The notes under the pieces were generated by a model, which saw only the letters and a list, made by a program, of their open reading frames with translations, ran no database searches and was not told the origin of the DNA. A DNA stretch of 64,000 nt from Raillietiella orientalis (lineage: Eukaryota). The DNA lies in assembly GCA_036172245.1 (NCBI GenBank), contig JAYWIR010000003.1, positions 1,054,001 through 1,118,000 on the forward strand, written 5' to 3'. Positions 15,233 to 36,479 of the stretch are shown here, piece by piece (the first letter of the stretch is position 1; every line of letters begins with the position of its first letter). Position numbers and translations under genes: made by a program.

Positions 15233-16654
15233 AAATTACACTTATTAGAATAATTTGTAATGGTTAATCTAACGAAACTCTGGAGTCATTGGAACTGTTT
15301 TGGGATATATTTCTAGCTAAACCAAAGATTTTGTGTTGAACGTTATCACAGAAAGCACCCCTATACTGCAAGCAGATGGAATGGAAAACCACAGAGAACT
15401 TTGCCATAGCTAACTATAGCATTCTTTGATAAATTAATGGATGCACTCATTTCGATTCGATACATCCTTACTGCGGCCAATGCACTGTTTGATAGTCCAA
15501 AAAAAAAAAAAAGAGTCAAACGAGAAACCCAAAGAAAAACTTAAGGGTTCAGTTTTTTGCAAAGTTTGTTTTATTCCTTTCGTGTTCGAACATTTGGGGG
15601 GAAGAGGGTCTCATTTGCATATTACACTTATGGATGTATTTAGGATTTCTCGACTGTTCAATTAATACTGTGCATTTTACAAACCAACTTTTGGGGCTTG
15701 CCAAATGATCTGGCATAAGGATCTTTATGCTTCACAACGTTTACGGTGGCAGCTTTAAGCTTTTATTTTCAGCATCGTTTACTTTGATAAAAATGCAACT
15801 TCATTTTATCACATTACTGTTAAACGAAATTAGTGATCACTAGGTATTTTATTTTTAGACCAAAATTCTCTTGGAAGATCTGCACAAACAATCGTTTTTA
15901 AACTTTTGTCTTTCTCTGTTTGTTCATGATTATGATTCGGAACAGAATTAATTCCAAAATAACTTTTGCATAACTTTTGCACCAAACTTGGTCACTTAAC
16001 GCATTCTAGTTTTAGCTAATAGTTCTTGCATACTCTGCAGCGACCTCAGAGTTGGTTAGTTCTGCAAACCATTTTCCTGTTCTGGCTGACTGAAAGCTTC
16101 ACCATTTCTAAATTAGCGCGAACATGCTACGTTCACTTCTTACAGATTACTTGCAATCGGTAACTACGAACATGAAACTTTTATATCACTTTAAAAATTT
16201 TATAATGGATACAAATACTTTGGTGGAAAACAAACTTGGAATCTCTGAAATGCACACTGCATCTTTTTTTGTCGCAGTTACTTGTGCAAATATAATTTAG
16301 ATTCAATGACTACTTGACTTCAAGTGATGCATTTTTAATACAATTTGCACCATTATCATATTGATGTGTCAAAATATGACAGGCTGCACTTTGTTTTTTC
16401 GAAGACTGAAAAGACATACTGGGGATGTTTAGGCGTTTCACATTTCAATGCATGTACTAAAAATCTTAGCATTTGTGCCACACCATTTTCTACAGCCAAC
16501 AAAACTTTTCCAACTGTAACAAAACAAATAATTCTTATATTCTCTGTAATACGATGATTATGTTTAAAAATAGTAGCAGCATGCATAAGTTACTAGGTCC
16601 ACAATGCATGGCTTTTGTAAGTTATTCAATCTGAATTCTTGGGTTTCTGCTGAC

Positions 16655-23846
<7,192 letters not shown>

Positions 23847-25449
23847 TGTAACATTTCGTTAATTTTTGTTTCATTGGAAGCACTAAGTTACTTCCATTTT
23901 GCTACATATGATGAAAAAATTCTACTTCTATTAAGAACACCAAAGTATGTGCAAGCCCACAAAATCACACACAAAAACTTTCTTCATAATTACATAAACC
24001 TTTAAGTTTTGAAAAATAGACTTCTATCACTATGGTGGGGAATCCAAATTCGATGACGGTTACGGAAAACATAAGCTTTCTGTTGAAAGTCATTCCAGTA
24101 GTGAACAAACACTGTTTTAACCCAAACTTTCTAATCAGCACTCATAATTTTAAACTTAACCTCAAAATCAGGTGCATATTCATTACCTTAACAATACACC
24201 AAATACATACTGTGGTAATTACTCTGATTCGGTAAAAATGTTCTCACAGTTGTAAACAATTTTCACGTTTGGATTATCTCCCTACCCGTCATTCAAAATT
24301 CCGCAATTTCTCAAGCGTAATGGCCAACTAGGAATCTCAAAGCTGCTTTTCAGAGCCAGCTGTATTAACCGACTAGTCTGCAAATTAACTTTTCATGATT
24401 GATCAGTAATAGAATTCTTAGGATGGTATGAAAAAGCAGAAAATTTTCAAATTCCATAGCGATAAATTGAAAGCCATCAATACGACTGTATTGACTATTT
24501 TAACTGAGGACGCATCATGGGAAAAATATAATTTACATTGATTTATTTGTTCATCATTCCCGTTGTTCTGAACTTAGGTAATTTTTGTTTCAACAGAACA
24601 TTTCAAATTTGACAAGCACAGTATAACGGAACTAAGAAAATTCCAAGTATATGTCAAGTGTCATCTCAAAAGTAATATTTTCTTAGTTTAATAAGAATAT
24701 TCGTTATTAGAAATTTTTGATGTTTTAGTAGTTCGTAGTTATTTAAACTCGGGCAAGTTTATTTACTGTTGCAAAACACAGTACTTTCGAAACTTTGAGG
24801 ATCAAATGTTAACTATTTAAGTTTTAAATCAATGATAAAGCATTTTCCATTAATAAGAATTAATACCAAATTGCATTGTCATTGTCAGTCTATTTGACAT
24901 GTTTTCTAAAAATTCACATTTTCTAGAGAACCACCTAAAAATATTTTTTTTCCTCTAAAAATCAGCAAAATACTCTTTTATTATGTAGGAATTTTAACTT
25001 CTGAAAAATGCAACACCTTAATCAGAAAACTTTCCCTTTCAGTACCTATTAAACAAAACAACAAACTTGGTCTCCGTTGAAAAAAATAAGCCATTTCATT
25101 TCAAAATTACATTAAACAGAGATTGCGATTCCATTATCAAATTATTTCTGGTTTGCCAAAAGCCAAGTAGCTAAATCCCATAATCGTTAAATGAACCGAT
25201 ATATGCGAATAAATTAAAGATTTCGCTACATCCATTAAGGAATCCGCAAAAAGGTAACTCCGATTAAATGTACTTTCATGAATCCAATGTTTCCTTTAGA
25301 TGGAATTGAATTCTTAAAGCAAGCGTCGGTAGTTTTTTGAATCACATGAGTATTGTTATCAAAATTTCACACATCAAAGACATGCATTCCTTGGTAATTA
25401 ATGTGACAGACTCCAGAATGCCAGCTGCATGGATATTTCTAACAAATGT

Positions 25450-26720
25450 TGTCGAGGATCTTAGGATATAAGCACGCCAGCAACTTTTCAATAACAAAAG
25501 AAGCAGGTTTCAGAATGCAAAAGCATAAAATGAAAGGATTTCCTGTAAGAGATCGTTGCTGAATTCCGAGAATGCAGGAGACATAATCAAGGCAGATTAA
25601 TGAAATAAAATGAAGAAGCGTATGGAATTCAAAATAGTTTAAAATTGGTGTAAACAATGATTAATGCCACAGGTGCTTCGCATTGAGTGTTGAACACACT
25701 ACATTTGAAAATCATAATTCCATTAGTAACCGTAAAATAAAAAAACAATTTCATTAATAAAGCAAACAGTGTGGTTACTAAGACATAGGATACCGAACAA
25801 AAATGCCCAAGATGTGCAAATACTTTGATTGAGATTTTCAGGATTAGGTTTTGGCACGGAAAGCAAGTTCCAGAAATCTTTTTATATCATAAGATTATGA
25901 AGAATAAATTGGAGACTTGTTAAAACTAATGCGAATATCAAAAAATTATATCCAATTCTGACTGGAAGTTTTGATAGGATGACTAGATATTTCTTTTAAA
26001 TGTGGACATCTTGATTAGAGCTGATCCCATAATTTTCCAGAAAACACTGGATGATGATGATGATATCAGTTTTCCATAAATACATGAGTGAATAGGTAGT
26101 CATTGTTCTTCGCATAAAAAATTGGAAACACCTCATTAAAAAAAGCGTTTGTTCTTTCTCAGCAAAGATAGGATAATGAAGAACAATATACAAGAAACTC
26201 AGTTTTCAGATAAAATACGTAAACAATTTCTCTTAAAATTAAACGTACTTTAAAAAGCAATTGGAAATCAGAATAGGAGGCTTTCATAGAGTTTATAAAA
26301 TCACAAAAAGTGAAGCAAGTCCGATTTGAATATAGACGTCATATAACTTAACGATGAATTAATTTTGAATATACAAAAAATTCTAACAAAAAGCAGCAAA
26401 GGAAATCAGCAATGAGTGAAAATATGCTGAGTCACACTTCATACCACTACAGCGTGAAAGTTGACCGAAGATACTGAAGATACAAGTGCAGAAAAGTTGC
26501 CAAAAATTAGCGGGCAATTCTTCAACAGCTTAAAGGCTTAAAAGTTCAGTTGTTTCTGTTTTAGGACATTGAATAAAGTGATGCTGAAGGAAGCATGCCG
26601 GCCGAACAGCAATTAAGGTGTCATTAATTCCGGTGCTGGATTGCGGTAAATAATATTCGGCTTCACATGCGTAGAGTGCAGAAGAGTCCTTTTTCATCGT
26701 ATTTATTAAGAATGCTTTCA
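25450..26720 (-). mobile_element. Decayed L1-like reverse-transcriptase relic
   Basis: Fragments in the expected RT order on the minus strand: YLPQSSTGINDTLIAV, IIQCFLENYGI, and LGIQQRSLTGNPFILCFCILKP (degenerate GVRQGCPLSPLLF...EP). Confidence 0.35.
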
Positions 26721-28778
26721 TTTAAAGATCCTTTATTTATTGTTTCAATAGTGAAATAAATTACTTACCTGCATTATTTTCATCATCAATTAATCTTTTA
26801 ATATGGGTTCAGAAGTAGTATTTCTTAGCAAAATTTTATCTGGAAAATATGTATTAAGATGAATTGTTCCTTTTTATATCAAGGATATCTTTCTACTATA
26901 CAGCAATATTAGATGGTTTCCTTTCAAAACAGGCTGCCAAGTACTTGAAACAAGTACTGAATAATAAATTTCAGATCTTTATTAGAATGGATGATTCCTT
27001 GGACTTACCGTTGTATTTAAATGCACCAAGCATCCTGATCTTTGCGAGGATTTATTTCTTATCTCAACATTCATCTACATAGGAATCCGATTAACAGTCA
27101 GGTAATAATCAAAAAATAATTTCTCATCATTATCCACAGATTAAATTCTATCTCCTTATTTAGTTTCTTATTTATGTGTGAGAATCATTTGTTTTGTGAT
27201 TGTTGACTTTCTTCCTCAGATTGCCTTAGTCCTTGATCATTGCAAACTTAATGCAATTATACTAGGTGAATTACACATGATTATCGTATGCAAACTTAAT
27301 CCATTTTCCCCTCTAAAACAAGCTAATGGATAGTCTTTGGTACTTTACTAGCTCTACTAGTCTTTCATACTAGAATTTCATAAAAATGCAATAATTAAAC
27401 TGAGCAATAAATAAAACAGTCTTATGATTTTTTTTTTGTATCCTAGATTTTCGTTTTGTTCTTATCATTTTTTCATTGGCTTGTCTCCATGATTGAAAAA
27501 CTGATATTACTAATTGTTCCTTAGTTAATAATCCAACGAAAGAAGAAAACATTAATCCAAAAGTAAGTCGAAAATTCCTACGCATCAAACGAGTGGATGA
27601 TCTGCTTTGAATCTCAAATATGAAATTGAAGTTCATCATTTTCACTTCTCATACTTATTGAATCAATTTTATCCACACCAAAGTTTTTAGGGCTTGAATT
27701 GAATTCAATTTTTGTTAATTTAATTTAATGTTAATGTTAAGTTCTTTGCTTTGGAAACCAAGAGCTCAGTTGTCTTTGGACAGTTCAACTAATTTTTCTC
27801 AATACGTTCTAATCATTTACAATAAGATAATTTAAATACTAAGAGCAAGACATGCCATGAGTTACTTTATTACAAACGTGGCTCTGAAAATCGCAATGGT
27901 TCATGTATGTAACACTGATTTTTGCGATTCTAACTTCAGACTCAATTCAAAACTAATTATAGGCTTATCGACAAATTAAAATTTAAGGGATTATCAATTA
28001 AAAAATACCAATTCTTTGTTTGTATACTATATTACACACATAAGTGGATAAACAGTAGTAGCATTTTAATCACCCGAATTCAGGATGTAACTAATTGCTT
28101 AAGCATGCTGAACCCATATTTTTTCATTCGAGTGGAAATTAAATCCCGAGGATTGCTTTTCGATTGGTTGTGGTTTCAAGCTTCCGTACGCAAAATTCTC
28201 AAACACAAGTTGTACTATGAAACTTCTGAAGAAAAAAAAACCTGTTCGCAAAGTTTGTATGTCCGTAATGTATGCCCGTATGTTTACCAGTCATTCCCCG
28301 AACAAACATGGAATTTCGATGAATATTGAGTACTTTGAACTAAGAATTCGTATATGAAAACATTTTGTATTCGTTGTACAGCAGATCTATCTTGATCACT
28401 TAAGTACCAGGTTTTTCGGTATATTTTTGTTTTGATTAAAATTCTAAAAATGCCAAAAGTTATTCTCAGAGCTCAATTTTCATGGGTAGATAGAAATTAG
28501 AAATAATTATTCACAGTTGCATTCCGTGAGTGATGACTGCATTTCATAAATCGTGGTGTGCGATGCTTATCATTTTTGGTTGTATACAAATAAAAAATTA
28601 CTCATTGTAATCAGTTGTAAATTTTATGATGTACTGACTACACAAACTAATTATTTGGAGCCATTAATTTACTTCCCATCATCTTTCTGGTTTAACCATC
28701 ATTACCAGTTCATTTTCCAGGCAGATATTTGCATGCATGAACTCTAATAAAAATGTATAACACCTGTTGGAGTTTTAG

Positions 28779-31700
28779 GGGAAAAAAGATGAAAGAATTC
28801 ATCGCGTTGGTGACTGGTCAGAACATATAAGCTCTTCTGGCAAGATATATTATTATAATTATGTTACTGAAGTTTCCCAATGGGAAAAACCCAAAGAATG
28901 GGTGGAAATGGGAAAAAAAAAAATACGTGACAAGGAGAAGGATAGAAAAGAATCCCAAAATGGTAAGAGTGAATAAAATTTCAATACACTTAACCATGAA
29001 GTTTGGAAATGAGTATGAATCTTAAAGTGTAGTCGTTTTTTTCCAAAGTTGTCAACCGTTGCTCATGATATACAGTGAGTCCAGCATTTATGCAATTATC
29101 TATCAACCCTATTGCATAGATAAAAAATGAGTGCTTTGTTATACTCATTTTACCATTAATTGAACTAATCATTAATTGCCAAATTTTTCTTATCAAGCTT
29201 TGATTTTTAGCTTTTCTAAGCAAAATCATTACAAATGTTGGAAAACTTTTTTAATGATACCTTGTTATGTGACAAGTCAATCAAGATATGTCTGAAAGTT
29301 CAATTCAACATTATGGTACCATAATCTTCCCTTCTTTATCGTTTTATTAACAATTGTATCATTTTTTAAAGTCGACCTAGTAACAGTGAAATCATTCTTC
29401 AAACTCTGTTTGCTATTATCAGTGAATATGAATTTTCATTCCCAACTTTCCAAAGTTTGCCTAACAATGTCTGAGATTTCAAGGTTGTAAACATGATAGC
29501 CATATAGATCTTCATTTCAAATTCCTGTATGATAAATTACAATCATTTTTATTGCAGCATCATTTTCAGAATATCAATCTTTTGAGTTGATTTGTTAGAA
29601 ATGTTAATTTTCTTTTTGTTATTAATCCTTATTGATATGCATGAATCGCATTTGGAATAAGTGAAGTATTTATATGTCACATACTGTAGACACAGCATCA
29701 TGATCCAGTAGTTTATGGGACTTTTTTGCATTTTTTGGAATTCCTTTTCGATCTGGCCAGTTAGACCATATTTTTGAATATGCTAAATTAACTTAAGGGA
29801 TTACTAACTGTTTCAAACATTCATTTTGTATGTGCTACATGTGTAACTTGCATTCTCATTCATGTTGCATTGAAACATATATTTATACATGTAATTAAAA
29901 TAGGATTGTTTTAACAATATTGATAGCTTAGAATCCCAGATTCGTGTCCTTATCTGTAGTAATAACCCTAAAAATGTTTTAAATTAGCTGTCACATAGGC
30001 AAAATAAAGATTTATGATTCAGATGTTTAATACTAAAAACAATTCATAATGATTTATGGTTGCTTTAGTTTTGTTTTGCACATGTTATGTGGCATTAATT
30101 TGATTGTTTACTTTCATATGACTGCATTGAACAACATTTCCAAAATTTATCATGGATGTGCAAGATAGCGTTATACTCATGAAATCAGCAAGGAATACCT
30201 CTAGGATACTTATTTGGAGAGATGCCTTCCTGTTACATTGCTATAAATAGGCTGTTTTGTTTTTTAAGCAAAATTTATATTTGATGAGTAACTGATTAGT
30301 TGAAATACGTTGTGGTTCAGTGAATTTTTACTGAACAGTAAGCAACCAAATAATAAATCAGTCATGATATCTGAGTACCCAAGGATGCATCAGCAGAGAT
30401 GTGTCAGGAATGTTATGAAGATCAAATTAATTATTCAATCAATTTAATTGCTGACATGTTTTTTTATCACTAGAAACCTGAATTTTGAAATTGAATAATG
30501 ATTAGTCTGTGTTTTTAGGTAGTTGTGTCTTCTATTGGCAATGCTTTTTGATGTAGCAGTGTTTTTCTGTGTTAATTTTCTGTTGAAAATCCTTTATTAA
30601 TATGCATTAAGATGTTCACAGTTTATGTGCACTGCAAAATTATTGTATGTATCATTTGCCCAGTAATATGGTCTCATAGTTTACATTTTTTCTTCAAGAG
30701 ATTTAATTTGTTGAATTCTGTGTGCTATTTTCCTGTTGGTTTAATTGTTTGCAAAATTGTTTATTGTTACTTTTGCAACTTTTAACATTGCCAACATGAG
30801 ACTCAGTGTTTTAAAGTTGCAATTATTTTTATTTCATGTCTGTAGATTATCCTTAGATCTTATGTATTTCCTTGAAAGTCTTCCATTGACTTTGATCTGT
30901 TTAATGCTGTAAGGCAAAATAATCCCAATAAAGTTAAAGAGCTTATTAATCAGGGTGCTAGAATTAATACTCAAGAAGAAGGTGTTTATGGCAAAAATCC
31001 TATACACATTGCTGCTGAGAACAATAATAAAAGCATTATAGAGTTTCTTTTGAGCAAAGGAATAGACTGTAATGAGACTGAAAGAGTGGGTAATACATTA
31101 CTACACTATGCTGTGTGGAGAGACTGTTTGGAGACTGCTAACTTTTTCATTGATGAAAGGGCAAATAATTAATGCTGTAGATATTTCCAGCCAATTGGTA
31201 AAAAGTCTATATATATTTCTGCTGAGAATAGCAATAAAAACATTATAGAGTTCATCTTAAAACTTCTTAATCGTATAAACTAAATAAAAGTTAAAGCATG
31301 ATGTCTTCATTTCTGGACAATTCAACTTCGTTATAAACATTTTGTGAATCACGCTTGTTCTTGCATTGTCCAAGAAGTTTTCATGGTGCTCTGTTCTTTT
31401 TGGCTAGTAAAAGTGAAATCTGAAGTTGAAGTGAGCATTTTGTTCTTTCAAGTGAAGGAGTGAAATGCTGGAAACATATAATTGAACAAATTAATCCCGA
31501 GCAATAATGTTTGTTATACTCACGTAATGTTTGTTAAACTCAATTAATAGTGTATACTCATGTTTGTGTGTGCTTGCATGCATAAATGTATATGTTTTTT
31601 TTTGCTATCACCCTTATTTCTAATTCTTGAAATGTACACAAGGAATACAGTTATCCGGAATTAAAAGCCATTCATAATTCAGAACGTGCTGTTCAGTTGA

Positions 31701-32364
31701 ATGCTATCCTGTTAATTTTTTTTTGAAATTAATAGTGTATACTTTTGTGCATAGTTCAAACAGCTACTTCTTTGTGTGCTCAACTTTCCAGCAGTGAACA
31801 AGCTTCACAAACTCCGCCTACACCAACACAAGAAGAACAGGATAGTACAAGCAGCAGACAAGATAAAGGTCATACAATGTTAGATGAAAATACCGTATTG
31901 TGAATCGAGACTTTAGAATTTCAGCAATCTGGTTTCTCTTTTGCCGACACTCAAGTGATCCCATCAAATTTAAGCCAAACAAGTATGATCTTTAATTCTT
32001 CAAGGTCTCAGCTACCATCACTTACTCCAATTTTGGCTAATTATTTTAAAGAGGAACTTATAGAGCATGTCATGGGATGGCCTTCACATGTTTTGGAAAA
32101 GCAGGTAAAGTATTTTACCTTTTAAAAGGCTAATGTTTTTATTTTATTCATTAGGCACATCGTTGTATGGAAGAAAGCTTCATAATGAGCAGCTTGCATT
32201 GTACTAAAGTTTCAGCAGATCTCAAGATAGCACGCTCAATAGTACGTTTAACAGAAATACAGAGCACACTGCAGGAACAGAGAATCTTATTTTTTCGACA
32301 ACATATGCAAGAGTTAGAAGAAAAAGATATGAAATCACAAAATTCACATATGTTAGATGCTTAA
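28779..32364 (+). CDS. WAC: WW domain-containing adapter protein with coiled-coil (WAC/wacky), 5' exons not identified
   Basis: WW exon 28779-28962 ([31 protein letters not shown]). Phase-compatible exons 31755-31868 (TPPTPT), 31917-32104 ([29 protein letters not shown]) and 32155-32364 (..[35 protein letters not shown]) match the WAC C-terminal coiled coil. Confidence 0.9.
30888..31283 (+). pseudogene. Intronless ankyrin-repeat fragment, endosymbiont (Wolbachia-like) style, inside a WAC intron
   Basis: Frame from 30888: [94 protein letters not shown] (stop 31170-31172). A frameshifted continuation follows: [28 protein letters not shown]. No start codon. Confidence 0.8.
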
Positions 32365-33899
32365 AAATTCTGATCAAAAACTGACGCTCCATGTCTGCAA
32401 ATTTTTGCATGTGTTATTGTAATGCATTCATTTGATGTCTTTCAATCACTATGCATGGGAATTGAGATTTCAAACTTGGAGAACTGAAGTGATGTGATGT
32501 ATTAAAATTCCTTTGAATAGATAGCGATATTTTCATTGAACTGATAGTAATAGTGCTGATGTGTTTGAGAGTTGGCAACTGTAATCTATCTGGTTTGATG
32601 TATCCGTCAAACCATCCACGCCTCAGCACATCTTTCACCCAATGTCAGATATTTGTGGTCAACTAAGAATGGTACAGTTACTAAAAATAATGAGGAGCAA
32701 AAATTGACATTGACCTTTAGTTTAATCAGATTCTTAGTTTGAGTTTTTTGGTTTACAAGAAGTGCACTTGAATGTTATGTTGGTTTTTTGAGAATCTATC
32801 TGCTAATAAACTGGTTAATTAAGGAAATAATCTCAAAAATGGAATTTGGAAATAAGTTTTAATGTCAGTTGTGGCAATGATTGCTGCAAAGCTCTTTGCA
32901 GGTTACATCCCACCTGGTGATCATCGTTAGCAAAAACTTTTAGCAACGAACACGGTCGGTGTTTTTGTATCGTTGTTTTTCGCCTGCTCTTCTGCTAGAA
33001 AGTTGTGATGAAGAGCCAGTGATGATTGTACCCACTTTTATTAAGCATGACTTCTAATTGGATGAAATCAACATATTTGCGGGCGAGACTAATAAAAGGC
33101 GACTGTAGTCACAAATATTTCATAACATTCTAGGAGTAGATAGTCCTCGTGACTCGTATACCAGTATATTTTTTCTCGAGAAGTAATTTTCACCAGTTCC
33201 TGGTTCCTTCGAATTACTACCGTGATTGCAGGTCTCGCGTTCAAGTTGCATTGCCTTTCTTTTTGACTTCATATCAGAGAAATCAGCTTGTGAGTCGACA
33301 TCGAAAGAGACAATCATTTCTTATGTTACCCCGGTATTAAACTTGTGGTTTTCCAACCACCGCCACTTATCTTTCCAGGCAGATGTCGTGGCCTTTATGC
33401 CACTTTATTCAACAAAGGAAGACTTCATTTCATGTAAATGTAATGACAGGTGTGTACTAAAGGTGTTTCAAGTCGTACATCTGGTATCTTGACTTTGAAT
33501 CGTGAGTGGCTGATGGCTATTTTTCCCATCATTTCGTATGTTACGTATCAAATATCGCTTGCTTGAAAGAAAATCAGTTCTGATCTTCCATCCGGTTACA
33601 AGTTGATGAAACTTTTTCATGATTTTTCGCTTTCGTTTCGGAAACGAGGCAACTTCACATCAGTTCGCAAATGGAAAGTGCAGGTTCTCCCAAGCATCAT
33701 CTGACATGCTGTTTGGCAATAAGGGATTTTAAACGACATCTGTCATGCGGGTTCCTTCCTCCCACCTTCCAGCGTAGATTCGACCCATGGACCCTACTGG
33801 GTGCTGTAAGCTCCACTCTCAACACTCTGGTGTTAATAATGCGTTCGGAGATCGGAAGAAGGAAGAACAACAGACTGAGCTGAGCACAAAATGGAAAAA

Positions 33900-34150
33900 T
33901 AAATAAATAAGAATAGAACAGAGATGTCAAAAGGTTAAGAGGCACCGTCAAGTGGTCTACATCGGTCGCTAAGTGCACGTTTGTGTCTAGCGACTCATGG
34001 GGAAAGACTTTATGGAAAAGGAACAATCTCTTCATCCAATCAGAAATCCCAGCTTTCCCATGTCTGTAACACTTGCGTGCAGTACATGTCCATGTGGTAT
34101 TCGGTGAATTCATCTCAACGGTTCTGGTGGGATATGAAAAGCGGGTGAGG
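33900..34150 (-). mobile_element. L1/Tx1-like endonuclease fragment (degenerate)
   Basis: PNTTWT...ISDWMKRLFL...TDVDHLTVPL resembles the TW...SRIDR.F...SDH..V motifs of the AP-like endonuclease. Confidence 0.35.
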
Positions 34151-35559
34151 TAAAAACACACCACAAGGACGAGGGCATTCCTGCAACCCCCTACTGAGCG
34201 TGCGCGTGCTAAAGGTCCCCCCTTGCAGATGGCGCGAACCACACGGCCCCTGCAAGGGCTTTGATCGATGGACACTTCACGCACGGTTTGGGTTCCATCT
34301 CCATTCTGCTACCCGGGTCTCATAGCAGATGCAGCGTGCACGACGACTTGGATGGCTCACACCCTCAGCCGGTGGTAGTGCTCATGATGAGCAAAAACGG
34401 CACCACCAATTGGATGTCACGACAACTTTGTTTTCGTCAGCCGACAGACGGACGAATTTTTTCGGCTATCAAAACGCTTGCGAATAAGGCGCATCGGATG
34501 ACAGTTTCTACATCCTCTGTCTCGCGCCCGAAAGACGGAATTACCGAGGTAATTTCTGGGTAGAGTCTGTTTCAGTTGTCCCAAGTCCTGTCTCGGTAGC
34601 ACAGGACTCGATAGTCAGATCACACTGGCACAGGCTGAAGGGAACGGGAGGATTGTGACAGGCATTTTCTCGGTGCTCCTCAACTTGAAATCTGAGACGC
34701 GGAACGCGGTTTCCCTATGAGGCATTGCATGTCGCGTGCAGGTGTACTGCATGCCCTTGCTAGGAATGTAGCTTTCGGAGATGTTTTCGGACAAAGAACT
34801 CGCAACTTCTCACGGTAAGGCAGCGTCTGGAGACGAAATGCAGCCTCCTCTCCAGAAGGAACGAGTGTCGGTTTCCCATGCCGTCGTGAGCATCGTAGAG
34901 ATGTTCATCTAATCCACAAAGACGCATAGACATAGACCATGCAGTTGCAGCCGTAATCCCCTGTTTCTACTGCAGTCTGATTTCTTGGAAGTCAGGACTC
35001 CCTGTAGCACGCAAGCCTACCTTGAAGGTGGAGTTTCCGAACACGCGTAGCTTTGCTAAATTCTTGATCACGCGGTGAACATAGAATTTTGCTTTCCCTT
35101 TTCCCTTATGGTGCACTTCCTCAGGGAGAACAGCATCAGTGCCGGATGGCACGCATGAAACGTATAAAATACACAGTCGGCTACCCAACAGCCTAGTATT
35201 CTTCTAGGTTCTGGTCAGAGCAAAAGAGCTTTCTTTCTCCCTGGACCATCGCACAAGATTAGCTACGCTTCTCTCATCCATCTGAAAGAAAATTTCCTGG
35301 AAGATCTCTCTCTTTAGCTTCCTGTTTAAGACTTCCGCATTCGGGACTAATGTCCCTTGCGAAATCCAAGAAACACAGGTTCCGTGGTTTCAGCCTTCAC
35401 AACCTTCCCCGCTTCGCCAGCAACCCAGTTCGCATTGTCCAAACCTCTTAAACGAAACTTCCTCTCCCTGCCCCTGCCTGCTTTCCATCAAGCTTCTCTT
35501 CCTCATTCAGTGACTGAGGAAAAGCGATACATGATCTTACTGCCACTGGTTGCATTTCA

Positions 35560-35960
35560 CAGGTAGTCGTGTTTCGTCCGATCCTGCTTGATCACCTTAC
35601 ACTACACATCCCTGAACTTCCCAGAAGACTACCTAAGGGCCTTATTCAGACTCTTCTTCACGCGTGGCGGGATGTCGCCTATCGCGGAGATCGCAGCTTC
35701 CGCGGAATCGTGGCGGCTGGAAGTCCCGACGGCAGAGGCCGGAATAACCGAGAAGCCACCTCCTCCACTCCTTTCGTTCCTAAGGATCGCGGCAAGGTGG
35801 GCGCACCTGAGGCACAACCAGGAGGAACTTGCCGGTATCTTTGAAATGATGCAGAAGCCACCACCAGGGAGCAATCTGTGATCCCTTCCATAACTCTCCA
35901 CCCCCAAGCACTTTAGTACTTTTTTGTTTCATATTTATGTATTTTTTCTTTATTTACTGC
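35560..35960 (+). mobile_element. 3' end of a Tx1/L1-like retrotransposon
   Basis: LFRLFFTRGGMSPIA...FLRIAARWAHLRHNQEELAGIFEMMQKPP* is homologous to the C-terminus at 61309-61758. It is followed by GTGATCCCTTCC and a T-rich tail, as in that copy. Confidence 0.6.
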
Positions 35961-36479
35961 CACTACGTGCCTTAATGAACGACTCATTGTTGAAATTTTT
36001 ATTTTTATTTTTATTTTGAAACAAACTTCCCGGCGTGACCAAATAGAAATATAGTGGATGAGTGACTACCAATTCATCAGGTCCCCCACCTATGGCTTCT
36101 TTTTGACTTTCGGGATACGGCAGCGGACTTCTGTTCGTGGAGCACCTTCCTCGCGTACCTTGTCCGATCCCTCTTCATTTACGTTGCAGGCCGCCGAGTG
36201 AGCCGTCAAGCCCCCGGTCTAATGAGATAGGTCCCCTGGGGCTCCATCGGAGGTGCGACTCAAGTACGAACTTGGTCCCTTCTTTAAAAGACGGGGATCT
36301 GAACTTATCCTCCTCCCCCGAACAGATGCAGGAGAGCGGGCGTCATTTCTCACCGTGAGGTGCCCTGAAACGCCCTCACCATGCCAGCTTCTGCATCCGT
36401 TCGGCTAGTGTACCCCCCTTCCCCTCCGCTCATTCTCTTGAAGAACGCCGGAAACTGCGGAAGATTAAAACCCATCCTC

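Noticed and set aside
28230..28330. GTATGTCCGT-like motifs suggesting a Helitron/DINE-type repeat
   Set aside because: Too short and degenerate to support without a repeat library.
24300..28700. Candidate first exons of WAC (e.g. 24421 region, 26900 ILDGFLSKQ)
   Set aside because: No convincing MVM.ARK-type N-terminus or consistent splice phase could be established.
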